Of a stretch of DNA of 43,708 nt, positions 9,241 through 17,653 are shown piece after piece. The DNA comes from Promethearchaeota archaeon (lineage in GTDB: Archaea > Asgardarchaeota > Lokiarchaeia > Sigyniarchaeales > SOKP01). The stretch covers positions 1 through 43,708 of the forward strand of contig RDOA01000028.1 of NCBI GenBank assembly GCA_011364925.1, written 5' to 3'. Position 1 is the first letter of the stretch; each line of letters begins with the position of its first letter. The position numbers and the translations under genes were made by a program. Below the pieces are notes generated by a model. That model did not search any database, was not told where the DNA came from, and saw only the letters and a program-made list of their open reading frames with translations.

Positions 9241-9307
9241 ACTTCAAGATGTTAGTGCATAAAAAATCACGACAAAAAATCTTGGTTTTATTTTAATTGG
9301 TAATATC

Positions 9308-9332
9308 AATGATCATGCAATGGTTGATCATT
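9308..9332. promoter_or_regulatory. Inverted repeat AATGATCA-N9-TGATCATT
   Basis: Perfect 8-bp arms in the histone/psmB divergent intergenic region. Confidence 0.35.
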
Positions 9333-9498
9333 CGAAAAATTTGAATTAACTTTGTTAGAGACAAAACAATTCGGATTTCAAAATAGAGGAAGTTATGTTT
9401 TATCTTTATTTTTTTATCCTTTAAGGGGTTATTAAAAAATTTTGAGGTAAACAAAATCATCCCCAATGAATACTATACCAAATTATGTATGATCATTA

Positions 9499-9524
9499 TA
9501 ATTAAGTTATAATCAACTTAATTA
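9499..9524. promoter_or_regulatory. Inverted repeat TAATTAAGTT-N6-AACTTAATTA
   Basis: Perfect 10-bp arms, AT-rich, in the same intergenic region. Confidence 0.3.
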
Positions 9525-9736
9525 ATAAAAATAAGTCTTATTTGAGAAATCACGAGATTAAATCTAATATGATAAGCAATTATTATGAATTATGGAACAG
9601 AAAACTGAATTGTTTGAAAATTTCAATAAATTGTTATAATTTAAAAAGCAAATTTTATTTAATTTTGATTTTTTTATAGATATAAGAAAGTATAATTCTA
9701 TATGTTCTAAAACTACATATTAAAGGGAAAAAACAT

Positions 9737-10354
9737 ATGTCTCAAGAAATAATGATCCCAGGAGCTACTGCAGTAGCAATTAAGTGTAAAGACGGAGTTG
9801 TATTAGGAAACGATCGTAGGGCAACATGGGGATATACTGTAACCAACAAAGCCACTCAGAAGTTATTTAAAATCACTGATCATATTGGATTAGCAGCTTA
9901 TGGATTAATTGGTGATTTTCAATTTGTTTCTCGAGTATTAAAGGCTCAAGCGGTGCTATATGAGTTAGACGCTTACGATAGAATAAATACTAAAAGCGTT
10001 GCAAAGATGGTTTCTAATATGTTATATTCTCGCAAAATGGCTCCATTATACACCAATCTGATAATCGCCGGTGTAGACAAAGATGGACCGCAATTATTTA
10101 CATTAGATGCGCTTGGTTCTTTAAATCCGGAAGATTATGGTGCTACTGGAACAGGAATGTTGCTCTCTATGGGAATTTTAGAAGCCGAATACAAACAAGA
10201 TATGACAATCGAAGAGGGTATAAAACTCGTTGAAAAAACGATTAGAAACTCGATTAAAAGAGATGCAATGTCTGGTAATGGAATTGATTTATTAATTATT
10301 ACCCAAGACGGAGCAGAAGAGAAACGAATTGAGATTAAGGAATTAGGCGAATAA
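9737..10354 (+). CDS. psmB: Proteasome beta subunit, probably non-catalytic
   Basis: G-ATAVAIKCKDGVVLGNDRRAT, KLFKITDHIG, GLIGDFQ, GVDKDGPQLFTLDALGS, RDAMSGNGID; Ala at the Thr1 position. Confidence 0.95.
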   Translation: MSQEIMIPGATAVAIKCKDGVVLGNDRRATWGYTVTNKATQKLFKITDHIGLAAYGLIGDFQFVSRVLKAQAVLYELDAYDRINTKSVAKMVSNMLYSRKMAPLYTNLIIAGVDKDGPQLFTLDALGSLNPEDYGATGTGMLLSMGILEAEYKQDMTIEEGIKLVEKTIRNSIKRDAMSGNGIDLLIITQDGAEEKRIEIKELGE

Positions 10355-10443
10355 AAAACAAATTTTTTATACTCTTACTGGTTCTTATTTTTACAAAAAA
10401 ATTTAATGGAATGCCACATTTGTTTAATTGTTAGTTATTTTTT

Positions 10444-12501
10444 ATGAGTGTGGTGGGCTTTTTGCGTCTTTTCAACAACGACTTTGATGGTTATAGAGAG
10501 ATTAGAGGATATGACCAAAATAAAATGCTACAAGTTAAAAATACAATAACAAATCTTAAAACAGACAAAATAAAAGCGGAAGAACTTAGTAATTTTCTAA
10601 AAACCGAATTTAAGGTTGAGGTAATTAATTCTTTTTCTGATTATTACAGCAATATCAAGGTGTATAGTGAAAAATATCTATTTTCACATTCGAAAAAAGA
10701 CTATTTCTCCCTAAAACAAGCGATAAAGAACGAACTAAAATTAATTTCAACAAACTTATCGAATGTAAACTCAAATGGAAGGAATGTGAAAAGATTAGTA
10801 AAAAGTCATGAATTTCTTGATGGATTTTTAAGCAATAGTAAGGAATTAACTACTTACATCGATGAGTTTATTCCTCGCTTGGAATCTTTTATAGAAAAAC
10901 CAGAAGCAGAATATGATGACAATGGAGCCCTCTGGATTGAAGCTAATAAAATAAAAAATCTATTTTTCAAATTTAACCACATTCCCGAGAATCTGAAGAA
11001 ATGGGAGGAAGTTCAAGAAATTGTTGAATATATAACTAGTTTAGTTGAGTCTAAGTTTACTAAAAAGGTTAAATCTCATAAAGAAATCGTATTAAACTTT
11101 CATTTTGACGAATTATATCAATTTTTTCTCAGCAAAGCAGAAGAGAACATAGAAGTGTATAATGATTTCATTTATATGCTTTATCAAAATGATTTAATTG
11201 AAGATTATGAAGGAGAAGCGTTCGTAAATGTCTTGGAAAGGAAAGAGTCAATACAAAATTTAAAAAATAAAGCGCGTCCAATTGTAGTTCAGTTAATTAA
11301 AGATAAGCTAAATGATCATCTTCAAGAAATTGAAGATTTTGATAAGCATTACGATTTAAATGGGCACGGATTAGGTAAATTAAAGATTGAGCTTTTACTA
11401 GAACAAAAATTCAGTGAATTTCTTCCAAAGATTGTGGATTTATATTTTAAAGGTTTAGATAAGAAATTTCAAGGTTTAATAAGCGATACGGGCGATTCTG
11501 AGGAATTTGTAAAAGTTATAAACGAAAATTACAAAAAAGTTGATGAATTTTCACTAAAAATTGATGAAATTGATGCATGGATCTTAAATTTCGATAAAGT
11601 ATTAAAACCCTATACTAACATTACGTCTACATTAAAAAAAACATTAGCATCTATCATATCAGAACTTATTCGAAGAAAGGAGGAGTATTCAAGTTACCTT
11701 GATAACATTAAGGACGAGGGTTTGCGAGTAGATGTGAGGAATTATGTCAATGAAAAAATTGAAGAGGTTAACAAAATAATAAATTCTTATGAAGATGAAA
11801 CATCACTTATCATTAAGGAAGAATTACCGCAACTTAGAAAAATAAAAGATTTGTTAAATGAATATAAAGCACAAATTGAGCAGATAAAAGGGGAAGTTTA
11901 CAACAAACTAGACAGATATAAGAGGAATAATATCGACATATATTCTGTTATTAAAAGTTGGGAGGATAATTTTAACAGGAAACAACAACAACTCACATTT
12001 TTACTGACCATTTTAATGAATAAGATTTTCAAAAGTTTTAAAGATTTAATAGATACTGAATCAATTTTATTTGCTGAAATCACAGAAATAACTAAACAAA
12101 CAGAAAATTTTGAAGGATTACCTTTCAATTTTGCATTATCTTCATTTCTGGCGAACAAACTATCTGAAGATGAACTAAGAGAAAGAATTTCTGAAATTAA
12201 TTCGAAAATAAATCACCTAACATCGAACCTTGGTTTGTACGAAGTAGAACGTGCTAAATTAGAGGAGATTTTATCAAATAAAGTCAAATTAAGAACGGGT
12301 ATCTCAACCTCTAATGTCCAATGTACAGTCTGTCACAAATATATTAATTTTGTTGAAGATAGGTTAATAACGTGTGTCTTTTGCAATTCAACCTACCATT
12401 ATTTGTGTGTTGCGGATTGGCTTTCAAAACATAATTCATGTCCTATGTGCCAGAATACTTTTCTCGACCCAAATATAGGTTTATTTGAAGGCGATGAATG
12501 A
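10444..12501 (+). CDS. Long coiled-coil protein with C-terminal C4HC3 RING finger (putative E3 ligase)
   Basis: CTVC-x13-CVFC-x4-HYLC-x3-W-x6-CPMC at the C-terminus, preceded by about 600 aa of helical/heptad sequence. Start codon uncertain. Confidence 0.8.
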   Translation: MSVVGFLRLFNNDFDGYREIRGYDQNKMLQVKNTITNLKTDKIKAEELSNFLKTEFKVEVINSFSDYYSNIKVYSEKYLFSHSKKDYFSLKQAIKNELKLISTNLSNVNSNGRNVKRLVKSHEFLDGFLSNSKELTTYIDEFIPRLESFIEKPEAEYDDNGALWIEANKIKNLFFKFNHIPENLKKWEEVQEIVEYITSLVESKFTKKVKSHKEIVLNFHFDELYQFFLSKAEENIEVYNDFIYMLYQNDLIEDYEGEAFVNVLERKESIQNLKNKARPIVVQLIKDKLNDHLQEIEDFDKHYDLNGHGLGKLKIELLLEQKFSEFLPKIVDLYFKGLDKKFQGLISDTGDSEEFVKVINENYKKVDEFSLKIDEIDAWILNFDKVLKPYTNITSTLKKTLASIISELIRRKEEYSSYLDNIKDEGLRVDVRNYVNEKIEEVNKIINSYEDETSLIIKEELPQLRKIKDLLNEYKAQIEQIKGEVYNKLDRYKRNNIDIYSVIKSWEDNFNRKQQQLTFLLTILMNKIFKSFKDLIDTESILFAEITEITKQTENFEGLPFNFALSSFLANKLSEDELRERISEINSKINHLTSNLGLYEVERAKLEEILSNKVKLRTGISTSNVQCTVCHKYINFVEDRLITCVFCNSTYHYLCVADWLSKHNSCPMCQNTFLDPNIGLFEGDE

Positions 12502-13371
12502 TTACTCAACATCAATTTCCTTATAAAGATCGCTTAAGAATAAACGTATTTGCTTGTTGGAGTTAGGGTCGTTGTTAAAATTCGAATAAAGGTAGTTACC
12601 TAAGAAAGATTTTATTTCGACTTCAAAATCTTCGTGTGTTATAAACTTAAATCCTTTTTCAAGTTGCTTCTTATCAATTATTGGTTGTATATGTTTCTTT
12701 ATTAAGTACAAAACGAAGTTTACGAGGATTTTGTCAATATTCTCCTCGTCATCACCCGAGAGTTCGTAATCTCCTCTCACAATTCCATCTTTAATGTTGT
12801 TCAATTGTAACAATGTTATTTCGATGTCTTTAGGAAGTTCTAAACGTTTGATTTTGTTAGCCATATTTTTATCGTTTTTCATTCCAAGTTTTAAGTCGCA
12901 ATAGTTCTCTAAATTGGCGAAGAACCTGACTAAAAATTTAAAATTATCATCAATTTTATACAAATTTTCCCAAGCACTGAAATTTAGATCTTCCAATTCC
13001 TCTTCAATTTTACCTTTTAAGTCACTAGTCAATTTTTTTAGGTGTTGTGAATAATCACCGTAGGGGAACCCATAGTAGTAGCTGTTATATTTTTCATTTA
13101 TGTCCTGCGAAGGAGGGTTTTGAATAATTAATTTTTCCTTTCTTACAATTTCTTTCACAAATCTTAAAATGTAATTACAAGAAGGGCAGTAAGTTACCCA
13201 AGAGCTCAAAATAACTTCTTGAGGTTTAACTGTTTCCGAACTAATGTATCCATTAAACCCAGACACTTTTTTACCTCCATGAGTAGAAAATACTGCTTCG
13301 TCTGGGTAAAATGTTCTTGGAATGAACTTCATTTGACAAACAGGACAACTTATCATTTGATTATCAGTCAT
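12502..13371 (-). CDS. Zn-ribbon protein with a possible degenerate HEPN-like C-terminal domain
   Basis: N-terminal CPVC and CPSC; C-terminal FLVRFFANLENYC...LNNIKDGIVRG. Confidence 0.6.
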   Translation of the reverse strand: MTDNQMISCPVCQMKFIPRTFYPDEAVFSTHGGKKVSGFNGYISSETVKPQEVILSSWVTYCPSCNYILRFVKEIVRKEKLIIQNPPSQDINEKYNSYYYGFPYGDYSQHLKKLTSDLKGKIEEELEDLNFSAWENLYKIDDNFKFLVRFFANLENYCDLKLGMKNDKNMANKIKRLELPKDIEITLLQLNNIKDGIVRGDYELSGDDEENIDKILVNFVLYLIKKHIQPIIDKKQLEKGFKFITHEDFEVEIKSFLGNYLYSNFNNDPNSNKQIRLFLSDLYKEIDVE

Positions 13372-13497
13372 AATTCACTTGATAATGGGTTTTTTGGTAT
13401 TACTTAATTTTAATTACTTTATGAACTATGCAATTGAGAGTAGAGAATCTTTAATTCGGTCAGACTAAAAATATAATGTTCTTACCTTGTAATTGCC

Positions 13498-13517
13498 TAT
13501 AAATTTCGAAATTTATA
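13498..13517. promoter_or_regulatory. Perfect 20-bp palindrome TATAAATTTCGAAATTTATA
   Basis: Read directly; lies between the LysE gene stop and the Zn-ribbon gene start. Confidence 0.5.
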
Positions 13518-13611
13518 TTCTTAAATTAAAAAATTTAAATTCTCGAATTAAAGAATGTGTGATACTAGGATATTTCTTCTTGTTGCATGAGTGTAATAAT
13601 ATCCCAAAGAT

Positions 13612-14271
13612 TCATATTGGAGGAGGGTTGAAAACTATATTTAACGCAAGATAAACGCCGAAAACAATCATGAAAATACCGCAAGCTATTAAAACATATT
13701 TGTAAATTTTAGGATTTAACGATTTTCCTCCTAAAGATACAAATATAGATATAGGTAAGTACCAGATGATATCTCCCATCTCGTGTCCTAAGAAGAATAC
13801 TATCATTTTAAGAGGATTAAAAAGAGTAATAGATAAAGTCACCATTAAGGAGAGCCCAATCACTGCCCACCAAAAAGTCCAAAAAGGATTTGACAAGCTG
13901 ACTAAAATCCCTCCTACATAACTATTTCCCTTGAATCCTTTAATCGTTTCACCCTCAAGAGTATAATTTTTTTCAAAGTCAGATTTTAAAATATCCCTTA
14001 TGGTAAAGATTCCGTATATCACCAATAAAGTTCCTCCTATAATTCCAACTAAAGTTAAAAAAATAATGTTTTGAAAAAAGAAGGAAGCTCCAGCAAGTAA
14101 AACTATTATTAAAGCCAATTCAATTGTAGCATGTCCAAGCAGAATGTATATAGCTGCTAAATACCCTCTCTCTTGTCTTAATGACTTATATATGGTAAAG
14201 GTTAAAAGTGGACCGGGTGACAAAGCTCCAGATAGGGCAACTATGAACGAAGTTATAAAAATCTCAATCAT
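13612..14271 (-). CDS. LysE-family translocator
   Basis: ALSGALSPGPL, LGHATIEL, GILVSLSNPFWTFWW, GHEMGDIIWY; about 6 TM helices. Confidence 0.92.
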   Translation of the reverse strand: MIEIFITSFIVALSGALSPGPLLTFTIYKSLRQERGYLAAIYILLGHATIELALIIVLLAGASFFFQNIIFLTLVGIIGGTLLVIYGIFTIRDILKSDFEKNYTLEGETIKGFKGNSYVGGILVSLSNPFWTFWWAVIGLSLMVTLSITLFNPLKMIVFFLGHEMGDIIWYLPISIFVSLGGKSLNPKIYKYVLIACGIFMIVFGVYLALNIVFNPPPI

Positions 14272-14293
14272 TCTAAACGAAACCTATAATTTT

Positions 14294-14878
14294 TTAGAGA
14301 TTGAATAACCAACTGATTAACGCTACAATGACGATTAAAACGATTAGAATTGGAATCATGAAAAGAAGAAACATGTAGGATCCTTTAATCATTTCCCATC
14401 TGAACGTTTTAAGCCCTTTTTCCCAATCTTTTTTAGTTTTTTCTTGCCAATTCTTTATATCCTCACTTATTTTGAGTTTCTGTGCTTCCCATTGTTCCTT
14501 TGTCTCAATCTGTCTTTTTCCTAAATCCATTTGCCAATCTTTAAGCTTTTTATTCCAAGATTCTTGATTTTTTTTAAAAAAATCGTTAATTTTTTCAACA
14601 TTATTTTCCCACTTATCCAAGTTTTCCTTGTGTACCTTCTCTAATTCAACGCCCCATTCTTTTAACGATGTTTCCCAGTTTTCTCTAGAGTCTTTAAAGA
14701 ATTGGTTGATCTTTTCCTGATTTTGATTCCATAATTCTTTATTCTTTTTTGTACTCTCCTCAACACTCTTTTGAAATTTTTTGTAGTCAGCTGTAATATT
14801 AGAAACGAAATCATTCCAACCATTCGATATAATATTCTCCTTTACATTGCTCGTATCAGTTTCTTCTTTTTCAGACAT
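14294..14878 (-). CDS. Tail-anchored amphipathic-helix repeat protein (apolipoprotein-like)
   Basis: Two and a half 40-aa Trp-rich repeats and one C-terminal TM helix; ATG 14878 preferred over GTG 14890. Confidence 0.7.
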   Translation of the reverse strand: MSEKEETDTSNVKENIISNGWNDFVSNITADYKKFQKSVEESTKKNKELWNQNQEKINQFFKDSRENWETSLKEWGVELEKVHKENLDKWENNVEKINDFFKKNQESWNKKLKDWQMDLGKRQIETKEQWEAQKLKISEDIKNWQEKTKKDWEKGLKTFRWEMIKGSYMFLLFMIPILIVLIVIVALISWLFNL

Positions 14879-15063
14879 ACGATTCTTCACATTTTTTGGT
14901 TGCTTATATTACTTTATATATCTTTAGTTCTATTTAAATTCATTAATTAGATTGCTCTTCAAATTTTATTACTTCTAACATACCATTAATCTCAATTTAT
15001 TAAATAAATTCTGAAGAAGACCAGTTTAAAATTTTTATTAAATAAAAAATTACAAATACTATC

Positions 15064-16443
15064 ATGCAATTTGAAGTAATTAAAAAAACTCCCCTCTATT
15101 CTGCTTTATCAGAGCAAGGAAAAAGGATTTATTTGCCTCAAGGGATTTTTTATTGGTCAGGAAGGGGAAAAAAAGAAGCTGAAATAAATAGTACGTTAGG
15201 ATCCGCCTTTGGATATGAGAATAGTTTTATTGAAGGCGGTACTTCTGAGTGGGTACCGTTTTACTTAGAAGATATTAAAGCGTATTCAACACTTAGCGTA
15301 AACGAGGTCGTGTCATACTCTAAAGTCTCTGGTCTCGAAGATTTAATTTCTATTTGGAAGAAATGGTTAATAAAAAAATCTTTATTGGACATAGAATCCG
15401 AACCGTCGAAGCTTAGCAAGCTTGAAAATTACATAACTAATCCTGTAGTAACTGCTGGACTTACAAATGGAATATTTTTAAGTTGTAGTCTATTCTTAAA
15501 TCCCGGAGAAATCGTCATATCTCCTAATAAGAGATGGGGGAATTACGATAATATTATTGAAAACCTAATTGGTGCGAAAATCAAATCGTTCGAATTTTTC
15601 GTGGAAGATCAGATTAATATCGAGGGATTAAAAAACGCAATTCACGAAGTTTCGGAGGTTCAGGAAAAAGTTATACTTATTTTAGGATTTCCTAACAACC
15701 CTACGGGTTATATTCCTAAGGAAGAAGAATTGGAAGCTATGATCCAAATGTTGAGACAAACTCAAAGAGAACTTATAAAACCAATTGTTGTTTTGGTTGA
15801 CGACGCCTACGAACCATATGTGTATTCTACTTCTGTAATAAAGCGTTCAATTTTTTACGCACTACATGACATAGAAGAGGATGTGATCCCTATCAAACTA
15901 GATGGGATTACTAAAGAACTGTTATTGTATGGAGGGCGTATAGGATTCATTACCGTAGGATTAAAACCGGGCTGGGTTAGCAATGAAGAAGAATTGAATA
16001 CGTTAAAAAAAGAATTAGATAATAAGTTATCCGGTTTAATAAGAACTACGATTTCAAATTCTAATCATTTCTATCAGGCTTTAGTCATTAAATTATTTAA
16101 TAATCTAGGTATGGATGGTATAATTCAGAAAAGAGAGAAGATTAGAAATATTCTTAAAAATAGATACGAAAAAATTAATAGCGAACTGAGGAAGATCGAT
16201 AATTCGATCATATCGGTAGATCCTAATGCGGGTGGATTCTTTCTTTTCTTAAATATCAATCCAGAGAGAATAAGCGCTAAGAATTTTGCTGATCATCTTC
16301 TAAGAAAGTATAAGGTTGGAGTGATCCCAATTGAAAAACACGAAGATAATATTAATGGAATCAGAATCGCCTATTGTTCAATAGATATCAATGAAATTGA
16401 TGAATTTGTTAATCGCATTAAATTAGCGTTAGAAGATTTTTGA
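15064..16443 (+). CDS. Class I/II PLP-dependent aminotransferase
   Basis: FPNNPTGY, VDDAY, DGITKE (PLP Lys), GGRIGF, GGFF, IRIAY. Confidence 0.92.
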   Translation: MQFEVIKKTPLYSALSEQGKRIYLPQGIFYWSGRGKKEAEINSTLGSAFGYENSFIEGGTSEWVPFYLEDIKAYSTLSVNEVVSYSKVSGLEDLISIWKKWLIKKSLLDIESEPSKLSKLENYITNPVVTAGLTNGIFLSCSLFLNPGEIVISPNKRWGNYDNIIENLIGAKIKSFEFFVEDQINIEGLKNAIHEVSEVQEKVILILGFPNNPTGYIPKEEELEAMIQMLRQTQRELIKPIVVLVDDAYEPYVYSTSVIKRSIFYALHDIEEDVIPIKLDGITKELLLYGGRIGFITVGLKPGWVSNEEELNTLKKELDNKLSGLIRTTISNSNHFYQALVIKLFNNLGMDGIIQKREKIRNILKNRYEKINSELRKIDNSIISVDPNAGGFFLFLNINPERISAKNFADHLLRKYKVGVIPIEKHEDNINGIRIAYCSIDINEIDEFVNRIKLALEDF

Positions 16444-16570
16444 GTATAATTAAATCCGTTTGTTATAATTCTCTACTACTTTTATTTGTTTTTGCACACA
16501 GTTATAAAGTCTGAATCTATAATTTTTTCGTATAATAAAATAATAAAAAAAATTATTTGAGGCTTTATAC

Positions 16571-17587
16571 ATGAAACTGTTTTTAGTTGATCAAGGTAAT
16601 TTAAGCGAAATAACTAAACCAATTTTCTCAACAGGAGACGTGTATGTTGTTGACGACGATAAAACGATTTACATATGGATAGGTAACAAGGCTTCAGTCG
16701 ATGAAAAGACAGCAGGAGCTGCCCAAGCTCGAACTTTAGACCAACAGAGGGGTGGAGCTGCAAAAATAATTACTGTTGACGAAAATCAAGAACCTAGCGC
16801 GTTTTTGAAAATAATTAATCCAATGGGTGCAATGAAAGTCGTTGAAAAGAACATCGCTAAAACTCTTCTCAAAGATGTATCTACAGGAGATTGGGCAGGA
16901 TTTGAAGAATGGAAAAATATATTGTATCGCGTTTCGTCAGAAGAATTTGAAGGTATCAATTCAATGAAAATGATCCAAGTTCCTTTTACTAAGGAATCGT
17001 TAGATTCAGAAGACTGTTTTGTTGCTGATTTAGGAAATAAAGTTTATATTTGGCAAGGCCAAGCATGTAATGTTAAAGAAAAAGTTAAAGCGGGTCAATG
17101 GGCTAGAAATATTGATGCTGAGAGAGCAGGGGCTCAAAATGAACGGATTTTTGAAGAAGGAGACGATTCAGAATTTCTCGCAGCATTGGAGAGAGGAGTA
17201 AACTACAAAGAATCTGACGCTGTCCAATTAAGAGCTGAATCAGTATTAGAACCCGAAACAGAGGCGGATAGAACAGTTGCAGAAATCCAACCAGAGTTTA
17301 AATCGGAGGTCAGGGAGGTTACTCCTAATGACATAAAATCAGAGATTAACCATATTAAAGGAATAAGTGCTTCTAGTGCTGGCCCAGGAATTCCTGGCTC
17401 TGTGGATGACTCAATCTTGACTATTGAAAAATCTGAAGGTCGGAGAAGATGTCCAAAATGTGGGACTGAAGACAAGTTAATGATCCATGAGAGTGTTGAT
17501 AAAAGCAATATAATATTAGATTATCCACGTGTATACGGCAAAAAGTTTAAATGTGGAGAATGTGGGATAGAATGGAGGGAGAAATAA
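16571..17587 (+). CDS. Two-domain gelsolin with acidic linker and C-terminal Zn ribbon
   Basis: Two gelsolin repeats: GDVYVVD..IYIWIG..AS.DEK..GA and LDSEDCFVAD..VYIWQG..CN.KEK; C-terminal CPKC and CGEC. Confidence 0.9.
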   Translation: MKLFLVDQGNLSEITKPIFSTGDVYVVDDDKTIYIWIGNKASVDEKTAGAAQARTLDQQRGGAAKIITVDENQEPSAFLKIINPMGAMKVVEKNIAKTLLKDVSTGDWAGFEEWKNILYRVSSEEFEGINSMKMIQVPFTKESLDSEDCFVADLGNKVYIWQGQACNVKEKVKAGQWARNIDAERAGAQNERIFEEGDDSEFLAALERGVNYKESDAVQLRAESVLEPETEADRTVAEIQPEFKSEVREVTPNDIKSEINHIKGISASSAGPGIPGSVDDSILTIEKSEGRRRCPKCGTEDKLMIHESVDKSNIILDYPRVYGKKFKCGECGIEWREK

Positions 17588-17653
17588 CTCCCAACCAAGA
17601 AATAAATAATTATTTTTCTCTTTTTTTAAATTATATCTTAAGAATGTATGATA

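Noticed and set aside
9114-9736. Replication origin
   Set aside because: Long and AT-rich, but I saw no ORB-like G-string repeats and no cdc6/orc1 gene nearby.
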